A program made the position numbers and the translations under genes. From Octopus sinensis (Eukaryota), in assembly GCF_006345805.1 (NCBI RefSeq), contig NC_043018.1, positions 2,480,001 through 2,544,000 on the forward strand: 64,000 bases of DNA, written 5' to 3'. The notes under the pieces were generated by a model, which saw only the letters and a list, made by a program, of their open reading frames with translations, was not told the DNA's origin and searched no databases. Shown one piece after another: positions 26,066 to 39,789 of the stretch; the stretch's first letter is position 1, and every line of letters begins with the position of its first letter.

Positions 26066-27414
26066 GAAAGTAACAGTTAGTTCGTCATATATATGTACGT
26101 ATGTATGTGTGTATGTATGCATACATGTATGCATACATGTATGCATACATGTATGCATGCGTACATACATACACATATGTATGCATACATACACACTTTA
26201 GGTGTTTTCACTCAATAAAATCTCACAACGCCCGGTCTGGGAATCGAAACCGATCTCATGACCGCGAGTCCGTTGCCCAAACCACTGGCGATCCTACGAC
26301 TGCGAGTCTGCTGCCCTAGCCACTGGGCTTTTGCACTTCCACGATATATATACACACACAAGTATAAGCAAAGAAACCCGTTAGAAAATGTCTCTGAGAT
26401 GATAGTAGTAAATATACAGAGAAGTAATGTTTGTCCCTTCAACACGTCTGTTCCGCACGATATGACGTTACTACCATTTTAACCCTTAGGGAAACCTCCT
26501 CTAGCTGGTTACCGATACACTCTGCACCCGACATATATTATAAACAGTGGAGCGAACCCCTGTCATCGCCCTAGCAAAATGAAAGGCAAATTCCGTCTCT
26601 GCGGAATTTGAACTCAGAACATAAAGACGGACGTTATGCTATTCGGTGTGCTAACGTTTCTGTCCGTCCACCACCTTAGTATTCGTTAATATTTGGGGCT
26701 CTGCAATATTTCTCCTGACAAATATGTGAAACTAAATATTTATGCCATAGTTATAGTAGGAAGCTGTTGTTCCTTTCAAGATGAATAATTTCAGATGTGA
26801 AAACAGTGTTACACATCGAATAAACATAAAGAAAGTATATAAAACGAACTTTATACAGATTTAGATTAAGTTCTATGAAATAACAGGGACCTCGTCAGGG
26901 GAGAGTCATATAAACAGCATAACCTGTGAACTGATATTTTATGTACCACTGATTAGTTGGAGGTGTGACCGACCTCTGCGGTACGACTGGTACACTTGTC
27001 ATACGGATTATGATAGATTCTTGACTCCTAAGTAATGAGAGGTTTTGTGTACAATTTTTGTTCGTCGAATCATTTCTTACGTAATTTATTTCTTATTTAG
27101 CTTCTCACAACTTAATTTACCTTAAAATTTGAAAATGTTTACAATCTTTCATTATAATTAAAAATATCTTGGTGTTCTAATAAGAGTCTAACAAGACACC
27201 ATATCTTGTAAATGCTATTGACTTTAAGTAAATACTTTTATAATTATTTTAGTAGGAGTTTAGAATAATCAGATCAATAATATTTTAAGAATCTTAATAA
27301 AATAAACGTAGTGAAATCCTCTGGGCTTATTGATGCTTAGAAAAGCTTATCGAGGAAAATGTATTGTAATTATATAAAATTTATTAAACCAAAACAATAT
27401 ATATATATAATATA

Positions 27415-27473
<59 letters not shown>

Positions 27474-27581
27474 ATATATATACATAGATATATATAATAT
27501 AATACACATATATATATATATATAAACTATATAATATAATATTATATTTATATATGTTGTATATATATATTTTGTATATAT

Positions 27582-27612
<31 letters not shown>

Positions 27613-28329
27613 CCATTTAATATGTTTCCCTATGGTAAATTGAAAACATTTCCTCAGATATTTCATTGTACTTTACAAATTTCTTTTCTTAAAATAGGAG
27701 TTATTGTCAACTTTCCTTCAAGATGAAACGTATGTAAAATGTATTCTATGAAGTAATATATTAAGTTAGAATACTAGTAATTTGCTCTTATCTAATACTT
27801 TGTTTGGATGTTGCTCCTTACAATAAAACGATGATCATTTCTCTATATTCTTTGGTCGATGTCGAAATAAATTAAGGTCATGTACAATCACAATTTCAAA
27901 GTTTAAGATGAGTTGATGTGCAGAATCGAATAAACTTCGAAAAAAACTTGCAGTGATACATCTCCTCTATACATTCTAAGTTAAACCCATGGCTAGGCCA
28001 ACGTTTCGCAATTGCTTTGGGAGTCCTTAAATATAAAGTACAAGTTAAGTACTCTGATTTATGTTATCCCCTTTCTTACCTCTCTAATTCTTTGTAACTA
28101 AATTAGAAAATTTTATATTAACACCAAGGCGGTGAGTTGGTAGAATCGTTAGCACACCGTCAAAATGCTTACTGACGTTTAGTTTAGCTCTACGTTCCGA
28201 GTTCAAGTGTCGCCTAGGTCGAGTTCACCTTTCGGGATCGATAAAAAAATTCCACTTGAACACGCTCTTTATTTATTTTTAAATTCAATTTTGTTTCATC
28301 TTCTCCACCCCTGAGTATCAACAAGAGAC

Positions 28330-29330
28330 CAGAGGCATGTATGTGATAGAAGGAGACAAAATTTCTGAGAAAATCAGTGGTTGATGTGAGCATAATATTT
28401 TGAGCTTTTTATATTATAGACGTTCCTTCGAATCTGGTCAATAGATTTTCCCGTACCTTTACCGGTCATTTCCAAAGAACATACAAGGTTGGTTTTGGTC
28501 TTCACCTGTCTTAGATACCTAAATCTCGTCGTTCTTGTATTTTAGTAGTTTTCCAATTTCTTTTGCTGCGATATTCCTATCAGTAGGAACCGTCATATAA
28601 AAAAAAAACAGACATATTTTTGTCTTAAGTCTTTGAGGGCGATATGTGGCCTGTATGTATATTTCCCATAATCCCATGGGATACTAATCTTCTGTTCCTC
28701 AGTGACTGGCTGAGTATACCAGTTCTTCGGGTGCGGGATATAATAGTGACCCTGTATGTTTCAGTGCAATTATTGGTCAAGGAAATCATGCCAGGTTTTA
28801 TATTCTGCAGGAGCAAAGACTGAGCAACCGGCATCAATGTGGTCAATGCTGTGAAGTTTACCATTTGAGAGTCCACACTTTGTGTCTGCCTCATTGTGCA
28901 TGATATTAAAATGTTAGTTATTGCTGAGGAGAATTTGATCTTGTGCCACTACGTTAAATCCGTTTTCGGCTTTCAAACCTTTGCTGTGCAGCCACTGAAA
29001 GGTTCTTCTCATACCTACATCGCTCCCCCAGTTCCTTTCGAGTACTATCAATGCAATGGTTTTTCTTGGCACAATGTCGAAATCTCCTATTTTTACCTGT
29101 TTTGGGGTTGGTGTATCTTCATTATCGCCATGATAATCAGAGATGTTAAGATCTCGTCTGTATCTATAAGCCTCTTTTGAGATTGATTGCAGTTTTTTAA
29201 CCCGTTCAGTTTGTCTTACCAGTTGTATCATCCACTCGGTGTTACACCGAATGCACAATTTAAATGCTGTCGAGATCATTTCATAGACCGTTTCAAGATG
29301 AATTAGGACTCTAACGCCTTCCTTTAGTGG
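28330..29330 (-). mobile_element. Decayed Dong/R4-clade element, post-RT to restriction-like endonuclease region
   Basis: FQWLHSKGLKAENGFNVVAQDQILL matches the typical WL..GLKAETEGFIIAAQDQ.L segment. Downstream D.TVPTDRNIAAKEIGKLLKYK; many stops and frameshifts. Confidence 0.75.
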
Positions 29331-32194
29331 GAGATAAAGCCTATCGATTTGGGTAAAATTATGTATAAATGAACACTGTATTTATATAAATAATATATAG
29401 GCTATTGACAAAATTTTTACACGCTAGGCCACTGCTAATGGACATTTTTAATATTTCTGATTGCCCTTTGATATTATGAATTATTGATAATTTTTTCTAG
29501 AATTTTCGAATTGAAAAGCCGGCATTTTTATTTACTGCCGACAAGGAGGTGCGTTTGCGCGGTAGATATAAAAAATTAGAATGTATAAGCACGGGGCATA
29601 TACTGGGTTACCTCGTGTATATATATTTAATCTAAGGTGTACCTGCTGAAGAAAACTTCGCCTAGCAAATTATTTTATTTGCTAAAAAAATTTGTAACCA
29701 TTGGCCCATGAGTTAGATGGTAAATGTTTTTATTTTTCAATCCCGTCGGAATTTTACCCCTAATATTGGTTTGGAATTTAACTGTTCTCTCTAGCGTGAA
29801 AGGAGTCCTATGATGGATGCCTCTTATGTACTTAAATGTACACTATATAATATATATATATATATAGTATTATATATATATATATATATATAATATATAA
29901 TATATATATATATATATATAATTATGTGGTGTACAAAATATTTCAAGTAAAACTCCACAGAAATATTATTCAATTTTTATCGTCTTTCCTGTGATATTCA
30001 ACCACTCGTTGTGCAAAGCTATTTCAACCTCTATCACATTAAGATATTTTAATGCTTTTCATTACCATATTCAAATAACATTCATTAAAAAGTTTCACAG
30101 CTTGATTTTGGGCTCTTCAATTATGATTCCACCTCACGCACACCCTGGAATAAATACTAGGTAGAAGGGCGAATCCCTTTATCGTGGTTCCCAGATTTGC
30201 AGTCTGCAATTATGGGGAAATCAAGCGCCATCCATACTTGTATTTGATATTCTGCAGTGTTCTTCTATGCGCACACAAAATGGATTTGTAAGTATTAGCA
30301 ACTAAATTTTATTACATATTACTTGCTATCTTTCGAGTTGCTGCATTAGCAAAACATAGTTGTCTTCACAAACTCGTGTTTCCCAGGAACTGGTTAATTT
30401 TAATTTGTGTAACATGCGGTGAATTAATTGGAGTCAAGAAATTTTCTTAACAGCAGCCACTCCTTCGAATACATAACTTAAAAAATAAAGCAACTTCATT
30501 TGTGATTCTCACCACGTGATGAGCTGGCAAATTCGTTCTCACGTTAGACAAACTGTTTACTAACGCTTCTAGCATTGTGCTCGCTGCGCTCACATTCCAC
30601 TGATGTCAGCAATGCTTTTCGCGGTCGATAAAAAATGTACTTCATAAGCACTGGGGACGATATAACCCACTCGCTCCTACCCCAGCAAAAGAAAAATAGG
30701 GATTTTGCTTGTAGTAGTGGTATGGGGGGGGGGGGCTGATATGACACCTTTGAACCCCTCACGTGTTAACTTTCCAACCCATGGGTCTGTTCATAGTAGT
30801 CGTTTCTGGTAGTGGTTTTACTAGTTCGGAATGCAAACCCTACATCAAACCTCTTTTCTTCACCTTTTACGAATGGCAGAGGAAACTTTGGATTTTTTTT
30901 TTGCACAACGGCCCCCAAACACCTAAAATATGAATAATTATTGTTAAGGCGACAATATGGTAGAATAGGTAACACGATGCGCAAAATATTTAGCGACATT
31001 TCTTTCGGATTTAAGTTCTAAGTTTAAATTCCACGGAAATCGACAATTTAAATTCTTTACACAGCAATTTAACTTCAATGGATTAAAGTCAAAACTTCTG
31101 ATTATCAGAACCCCCTGCAACCCTCTATTTTAACTGAATCTCGGAAAATCGCAGTTTAGGTTCTCTTTACAAAGTCGCAGTACCTCTTATTTACTAGATT
31201 TCTTTCCATGCCTCATAAATCCACACATCTTTACCTTGCGCAACACAATCTTCTTAAAGTAACCCTGAAGTGTACCGTAGTGTTTCGTTGCTGCTGTGAA
31301 GTTGAATCCATCCCACATTACTGACGATCCATGATATGCAATTTCCTTATGGAACTACTTAATGCTTTTTTCCCAAAACTTTCCTTTATACATAGTTCAA
31401 TTTTTGGCTCTCAATTTAATCCGTAGAAATGATCGGATAGATATATCTTTGGGGTTCTTAATTCTTATGCGTTAATATCTGCTAAAGTAATATATTCAAA
31501 CATATATTTCCATTCATTGAATTTGATTGCATTGATGTATTTAATTGTATCTTTATTTTATTTTACCAGCTGTTTAATTAGATTTTAACTCATGTTTGAC
31601 ACGTTGTTGAACAAAATGTAAAGAGGTTCCAATTTTAGAATATATCAATGCACGAATGATAAGATCTCTCACTCAAATTGGACACTCACGTGAGACGGGA
31701 GAACTACTATAACAGTAGAAACGACGGTGTGCTTGCCTCACTTGGTATTCATTCTCTAAATGAACTTTTCTGTTCCCAGTACACTTCAGAATTAAAGTAC
31801 ACACTCTGCTGGTCATCCAACGCATTTCAGGTGGTAAAGGTTCCAGCATGTTTAGCATCATTAGAGTACTAATAAATAACACAAATTTTCGCATCAGTTA
31901 TATTTTTCATAGATTCAAACTTTTCTAATCGAGTTGTATCATAACTTATGGAAATTACTCAATGTATCAAAAAGTCAGGCTATCCTTGCCTACATGAAAA
32001 CATTCTGAAAGTTTTAATACAACTAGAAAAACTTCTGTTGATGCCCAACAATATTTTGCTGGTGCGGAAATGATACTCTCCTGTATCAACTTCGCCATGT
32101 GGGAATTTATTACACCGCCAGTCAGATCAATGTTTCTAACTCTCTTTACTAGACAGGAATTGTTGTGAGCCCACGCGAATGTGCACTCGCACAC

Positions 32195-32230
<36 letters not shown>

Positions 32231-32442
32231 ACACACACACAAACCCACACATGCTATAGGCCAGCGGGTTTAGGATCTGAAGAAACGGTATAAAGCTAAG
32301 CGCTTTATAGAAGCAAAACCCAGGGAGACCCCTAGATTGGCCATATATATCTTTATATATTCTACTGTTCTATAACTTAGAGAGTACTTCTTTTTCAGAT
32401 TTATCATTCACTGACGATATATATATATATATATATATATCA

Positions 32443-32735
32443 CCGTGATCACCGTGACCGACCAGGCCATCAGATGTTGTTACACATCGCTGGTCACAAT
32501 GCGCTTCGCATTGTTTTAGCCTTCAAATGACGCCACCCCGCTGGCTAAGCGAGCAGGCCAACAGAAGAAAGAGTGAGAGAAAGTTGTGGCGAAAGAGTAC
32601 AGCAGGGATCACCACCACCGCCTGCCGGAGCCCCTTGGAGCTTTAGGTGTTTTTGCTCAATAAACACTCACAACGCCCGGTCTGGGAATCGAAACCGCGA
32701 TCCTACGACCGCGAGTCCGCTGCCCTAATCACTAG
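32443..32735 (-). mobile_element. SINE with family A head and a different tail
   Basis: Same head and body as 10153-10533 up to CCACAACTTTCTCTCACTCTT, then GGCCTGCTCGCTTAGCCAGCGGGGTGGCGTC...CACGGTGATCACGGTG. Confidence 0.8.
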
Positions 32736-32789
32736 GCCATATAGGTATATATATATACTCTTTCACACGTTTCAGTCAAATGCCTACAC

Positions 32790-33155
32790 CCATCTTGGAG
32801 CACCACATTTAGTCGAAGGGATCGATCCGAGGACTTATTCTTTGTAAGCCTAGAACACATTCTATCGCAGCCTTCTGCCGAAGCGCTAAGTTTCGACGAC
32901 ATGAACACACCAACATCGGTTGTGAAGCGAGGATGGAGGGACAAACTCAAACACAATGACACACACACGTACTTATATATACACATATGTATATAAACGA
33001 CTGGATTTTTTTCAGTTTCCATCTAACAAATCTCCTCATAGTGATTTGCTTGGCCCGATGCAATAGTAGAAGAAATTTGCCCAAGGTGCCACGCAGTGGG
33101 ACTGAACCCGGAATCATGTGGTTGGGAAGCAAGGTTCTAACAACACAGCCACGTC
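32790..33155 (-). mobile_element. SINE family C copy (diverged)
   Basis: GCCCAAGGTGCCACGCAGTGGGACTGAACCCGGAATCATGTGGTTGG head and AGGACTTATTCTTTGTAAGCC tail block. Confidence 0.8.
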
Positions 33156-33839
33156 TGTGCGTATGTGTCACACATAGGTTTGTGTCTATCGCATACCTAT
33201 TTGACGAAGCTGCCTCCTAACGTAATCGATCTTGAAACGGCATTATTTCACAGCAAACGTCTTAATCACATCTGTATACGTGCATGCCTATTGCGTTTTC
33301 AGCTCTGATAGTTATTTGCGATAAACACGAAAAAGGAGAATACAGTACAAAAGAAACAACGAAAGGAAGAAGAGCGTAATAAAATAACTCCTTTTGAAAC
33401 TCAAACAGGTGCAAATAAAAAGTAAAATACTATAATATTCTCCACAATTTCGAAAAGCTTTGTGTTGAAGGCAAAAAAAAAGTAATATTTGAGAAGGAAA
33501 TCTTAGTAAAGTGCTAATCATGTGTTTTAAAGGCATCGTAATTCTGGAGATAGGAAATGCAAAGATGTGTACTCAGAATAATCACTGAAATCAAATTAGT
33601 TTTGTAAATGAAAGCGAGTGAATAACGGTCGAGTATTATTAAGATACATACGGAAGCAATGCAAGAAACTGAGAAAAAGAAGAATGAAATACGGGGGTAC
33701 AATAGAGGCAAAAATATTTCCATCAAAGATATCACATGCTTAAATACATAATACAAAGTAAGTGTACAAACGAGTATCTATTTTTAAGTGAGTGTGTGGC
33801 TGTGCAGGTATGTATATATTTACGAATCTTGCATGTGTA

Positions 33840-35008
33840 TATATATATGAAAGAAGGTTTGAAAATGCAATTTTAAAGATGTTTATTCACTTGACCGGTT
33901 TTACTTTTTTTAGAAAACAGATTGTCAAAAGTAAAATGTACAGCTTTGTATAAGCTTTGTTGTTTTAAGTACTGGTTGTCACAAAAGTATTAAAATACCT
34001 ATATACATTCTTTGATAATAATAATAAGAAGAAGAAGACAATGTTAAAAACAGTTTACAAGGAAATATCTGACAAAATATTAGACAAAAAGTACAATAAA
34101 AATATTAGTTCATTAAAATTCATGTTTGTTGGGAAGTATCTTATACATACACAGAAAAGTATTAGGACTTAAAAAAAGTCATATTTGGTAGTATATATAT
34201 ATATATACACAGAAGGAGATATATGTAGGAGTTTACAAAGAAGTTGCGATGAAACCACCTGTTTTAGCATTTTTATTTTATGTGAAGCTAAGGGTTGTTT
34301 GCCATTTTAAGGGACAGTGTGGGAGGTTGGTTGGGGTGTGGAAGAAGAGCAATGTGGAATTGAAAGGATTGTTTTGTTTCACGGCTAGTCTTTCATAGTT
34401 CAGTGGTTTTGGGGACTGTTCTCAGAGGTCAGAATGGTGTGAGTGTGTGTGTCACAGTGTACGTCTCTATGTGTGTGAGTGTGTATATATAAGTGTTTGT
34501 GTTTTGTGTGTAGGCCGTTTTTGTGGTGTATGTAAATATGTCTGTGTGTGTTTTATATTTGGTATGATGGCGTGTGTATATGTGTGCACGTTTGTATGTG
34601 TGTATGTGTGAGATTTATATTTGTTAGGTTGTTGTGTGTGCGCAAGTGTGTGTATGTGTTTGTTCGCGTGTATGTGTGCGCCGTGGGTACGTGTGTATGC
34701 TTATGTGTTTTTTGTATTGGTGGGGATATCATGGGGATATTATAATTGTCCTAACTAATATTTTTATAGAACTTTGTGTCTAATATTTTCAGATACTTCC
34801 TTGTAAACTGTTTTTAACATTTTCTTATTATCATTATCAAAGAATGTATATATGCACTTTAATACTTTTGTGACAACCAGTGGTAAACACAACAAAGCTT
34901 ATATGAAGATTTACATTTTACTTTTGACAATCTTTTTCTAAAAATGTGAAACCGGTCAAGTGAATAAAAATCTTTAAAATTGCATTCTCAGACCGTCTTT
35001 CATATATA
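33840..35008. mobile_element. ~1.17-kb foldback element with ~270-bp diverged inverted arms
   Basis: 33843-34110 (ATGAAAGAAGGTTTGAAAATGCAATTTTAAAGATGTTTATTCACTTGACCGG...) is mirrored at 34750-35008 (...CCGGTCAAGTGAATAAAAATCTTTAAAATTGCATTCTCAGACCGTCTTTCAT). Both ends abut (TA)n. A diverged single arm lies at about 47810-48118. Confidence 0.75.
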
Positions 35009-35254
35009 TTTCCACTCCTGCGGTACCTTACAAACTTCACTTTGTTATATATATATATATATATATATATAAAAGGACACGAAAAAAAAAAAAAACATCG
35101 AAGACAATGAGAAACGAAACCATAAAAACAAAACCAAGGAAAAGGACATCTTTTTTTAAACAACGAAAAAACAGAGTACAAGACATACAACACAAGGAAA
35201 ATTCCCTTTCTTCAGCCGCCTCCGTTTTGTCTACTTCATGTTTCGAAGGTGGGT

Positions 35255-35470
35255 TCAAATCTCAGATCGGGCGACGAGTGTGTGTTTATGAGCGAAAAAT
35301 CTAAGCTCGACGCGGCTCCGGCAGAAGGTAATGGCAAACTTCTGCTGACTCTTTGGCCACAACTTTCTCTCACTCTTTCCTCCTGTATCTTGCAGGTCAC
35401 ATGCGAGGTACCGGCGTCCCAGGATACCGGGAAACCGGCCTTATGAGCCAGGCGTGGCTCGGAAAGGAGC
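35255..35470 (+). mobile_element. Diverged A-type SINE body with a third tail
   Basis: GGCTCCGGCAG...CCACAACTTTCTCTCACTCTTT followed by ...GGAAACCGGCCTTATGAGCC... Confidence 0.55.
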
Positions 35471-35505
35471 AGGCAAAATTCACACACACACACGCACACA
35501 CGCAC

Positions 35506-35584
<79 letters not shown>

Positions 35585-35830
35585 TATATATATATTTATA
35601 TATTCGTTTTCTTCTTCCAATCACTTCACTGCGGTATTAGCTGGAGAACTATATTAGGAGATTTTTAGTCAAGGAAATCGACCACAAGACTTATTGTTTG
35701 TAAGTCTAGAACTTATTCTATCGGTTTGTTTTAACGAGTCACTAAGTTAGGAGGATATAAACACACCAACATCGGTCCTTAATCGATGGTGTGGACAGAG
35801 AACTTAGACACAAAGACACACACACGCATA

Positions 35831-35844
<14 letters not shown>

Positions 35845-35872
<28 letters not shown>

Positions 35873-36115
35873 AGAGAGAGAGAGAGAGATAGATAGATAT
35901 ATGTATATACATTTAAATTATATATATATATATACATATATATACAATACATGTATCTATATATATACATATATATACATATATACATATATGTATATAT
36001 ATATATATGTATATACACATATATACATATATACATATACATGCATATATATACATATATATATAATATATACATGTATATATATACATATATGTATATA
36101 TATATGTATATACAC

Positions 36116-36146
<31 letters not shown>

Positions 36147-36250
36147 CATGTATATATACATATATATACATATATCATATATATATGTACATACATACAT
36201 ACATATATATATATATATGTGTGTATACATATATATACATATACATACCT
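35845..36250. repeat. Long degenerate (TA)n/(TACA)n
   Basis: Direct reading; similar tracts at 41860-42315, 59870-60080 and 60770-61150. Confidence 0.9.
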
Positions 36251-36512
36251 ATAAGGAATGCCTATCGATGCGTGTAATTAATTTGGATATAAAATTATGC
36301 TCCACGATTGTTCAGTTCTTACACAATTTTTATATTAATCAGCGGATGTCATCGAGCTGCGACGCTGGGTTTAAGGAAAAAAAAATCTAATTGTAGCATC
36401 GATTTCTCTTCCAAATAATTTTAGTCCTAGGATTCTAATTATGATATAATCGATACGTTGCGCTGGTGGCGCATATTTTCACAGGAAGCCTTCATTTATA
36501 ATATACGATGTG

Positions 36513-36546
<34 letters not shown>

Positions 36547-36837
36547 TGTATGTATGTGGTATGTATGTATGTATGTGTGTATGTATTATGTGTGTATGTA
36601 TGTATGTATGTATGTATGTATGTATGCAATGATGCAAGCCAGAGAATTATTTTGTAACATTATCTAAGGGCTTTTCACAGATTTTAGAAGGAATTGACAA
36701 AATAGGTGTCATCTTTCCATCAGATGCAGAAAGTTTGCTCATTCAGGCTCCACTAACAATGCAAGGAAAGAATTATAGATAATATATATATATATATAAA
36801 TATATACATATATATATATATTATATTATATTATATC

Positions 36838-36876
<39 letters not shown>

Positions 36877-37069
36877 GATGAAGCTAAAAGTAAAGCGATA
36901 TTCGACGCCAGCAAAATTGGTAAGAAAACTAACAATATGCTGAAATGAAGTGTCATTTCGTTTGCATGCTCCCTAATCTGCACAACCATACGGATGGCCA
37001 TGCTCCCTGAACAATTAAGACCAATAGAAAAGGAAATATTGTGAAACGATGAAAACATAATACACACTT

Positions 37070-37560
37070 GACACCTAGATGATATATTAGTAAAAACGGT
37101 TATTTTATATAAAGGTGAGGAGCCAAAAAGAAACTTAGAAAGGAACTGTAGTAAAATTTATTATCAAGTGATATAATGAAGAAGATGTTTCTAGATATAC
37201 ACTTCGAGATAAAATATTCGTTCTGAACAACACTAGAGAAACGAAGAAACACATATATCTGTGCTATACACGAGACACTAAATAAACGAACAGTATACAC
37301 TAATGAAATGATGAACCATGTATCTACACGGAGGCAATGAATGTTCACACTATCATAGGTTGCCAATGATAAAAGTCACTCCACAGAAGAGCGTTTACAA
37401 TCTCATCCTCGGAATTCAATTAATTAGCAACGGATGCTCTAATAGACACCTAGACCAAGCTATTAAGGAATTCAAGCGGAAGTACAATACTACAAATATA
37501 TCAGATAATACACTTAATAACCATACATAAGACCTATTATATGAACCAAATGTTACGATC
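37070..37560 (+). mobile_element. Highly decayed PLE GIY-YIG remnant
   Basis: TYICAIHETLNKRTVY...NHVSTRR resembles the YIGET...L..R...H segment; many stops. Confidence 0.4.
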
Positions 37561-39283
37561 GTGCATCACGTATTAATTTATTTGTCGCGGTCAAATCTTG
37601 ACCTTTACAGTATGTTACAATGTTTATGTCAGTATTTTCTTGTCTCTCGTTCGGTGTGTATTTGCGCGTGAATTTTGGCATTGCATTGCGATATGCATAT
37701 ACACCCCATTGTTATTTTCCTATGTTTGTGTAGAATCATATACATTATTTGAGTATTCTCCTCTGAATAAGTAATATGCAGTGCATATCATGTGTCTAAT
37801 TAATTTATATAAATAGGTTCGTCTGATCGTTGGGGCACAAATGCTAATGAATTATCATGGTTCAACAATAAACAAAGGAGGTCATCGAGTACTAATATTA
37901 ATTTTGAACGGAGGAGAATTCTCTCTCTCTTTCTCTCTCCGTCTCCCTGGCTTTGCTTCTCCCTCTCGCCTTCATTACTGAGACTCCAGTAGTTTATGAC
38001 AGTGGCGGGGATGTGAGGGTGTTATATTCACGGCAATTAAAACTACTTTTATCCCATATGGTTGTATAATCTGCCCATCACATTCTCTATGTTTACATTT
38101 GTCTTTTTATCTTTCTCCATCTCTGTTTCTCTCTCTCTCTCTTAAAGACATAGATGGATGTGTGTATTTATTCTTTCTCCTTTAAATGGCTTCAGTCATT
38201 TGACGGCGGCCACGCTGGAGCACCGCTCTTAGTAGAAGAAATCGACCTCAGGACTTATTCTTTGGTAGCTTAGTACTTATTTTATCGGTCTCTTTGGTGA
38301 ACCGTTGGTTTACGGGGACGTAAATACACCAGCATCGGGTGTCAAGCGATTCTGGACACACATACACACACAGAAACAGACACAAGCACATACACATACA
38401 GAAACAGACATAGACACACACACCTGTTTCGGTGCGTGGCTCTTGGCCCACCGTATATACATATATATATATATCTGTGTGTGTCGTGCGGTCGTACAAG
38501 TGTGTATTGTAATACAATAAAATGAAAAAAAGGAGTGATTATTGTACTCTAACGCAACGTATGACACTTGTTCCCTCTTCCGACAAAAGATATTAACATA
38601 AGATGAGAGAAAATACTTGTATTTCAGCGAAGCAAACAATTTACGAGAGATATAATGACAAAACACATTTAGGAGAAACACGTAAAAAAATAGGCTGTGA
38701 GGTCAGAAGCTTGATTCCCAACCACATGTTTCCGGGTTCAGATCCAATGCGTGGCACATTGGACATGTGTCTTCACTATATCCTCGGGCCGATCAAAGCC
38801 TTGTGAGTGGATTTGGTTGACGGAAACTGAAAGAATCCCGTCGTTATAATATACATACATACATACATATATATATATGTATATATTGAAAACAACACAA
38901 AACATATAAAATTCTTTACAGATAAGGGAGGCTAGCCTTATTTAAGCCCATTTTTTTCACTCTAGACGTATTTCACCGTTCTTTAAAGATAGTTCCACAT
39001 ACAGTTTGACTGTTACTAGGAAAACAGTTTGGTTTGTTATTCCGTATGGAAAACAAATTAAATCTAATCTTCATTTGCAGTTCCATGAATTGGTTGGTAA
39101 GAACTTTCCAAAAAATTCTAGATATTATTCAATTATTAATTCTCGTATAGTTAGAGTTGCCTTCTCCAACACAAAGAATATTTCACAAATTATATCTTGT
39201 CATAATATCAGTCTGCTAAATAAAAGTTCATTTTCTGAGAGTTCCAACATTAATTTTGTTAATACCAGCCCTTCACATAATAC

Positions 39284-39341
<58 letters not shown>

Positions 39342-39368
39342 TAATAATAACAATAATAATAATAATAA

Positions 39369-39770
39369 TACTCGTGAAAACCAAAGACATCCCCATTTGA
39401 AGAGGAATATTCCAGGGAGACACGCTCTCTCCACTCCTTTTCTGCTTGGCACTGACACCTCTATCTGATCTGCTAAATAGAACTGGATGCGGATACAAAT
39501 GTTACGGCAAAACAATCAGCCACCTTTTATATATGGACGACCTAAAACTATACGCTGCAAATGACAAACAGCTGGAAACACTATTAAAGACAGTTCATGG
39601 ATTTACCAAAGAAATAGATATGAAATTTGGATTAGAAAAATGCGCGAAAGTAACCCTGAAAAAAGAAAAAAGTAGTTAAGAGTAGCAACATCACACTAGA
39701 TAAAACCAATGAAATAAGAGAATTAGACCAAAGCCAAACTTACAAATATTTAGGAATCCATGAACTTGAT
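39369..39770 (+). mobile_element. Dong/R4-clade non-LTR retrotransposon RT fragment
   Basis: RGIFQGDTLSPLLFCLALTPLS...SHLLYMDDLKLYA...MKFGLEKCAK (RT domains with YMDD), starting directly after a (TAA)n array. Confidence 0.88.
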
Positions 39771-39789
39771 GTGTGTGTGTGTGTGTGTA

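Noticed and set aside
30766-30999. Possible minus-strand exon after TCATATTTTAG (VFGGRCAKKKSKVSSAIRK)
   Set aside because: Splice-like signals occur by chance in AT-rich DNA; no family recognised.
32270-32330. CTGAAGA followed by hairpin TATAAAGC/GCTTTATA and GAAG as a hammerhead
   Set aside because: Five extra nt before the stem, GAAG instead of GAAA, and no helix III or NUH.
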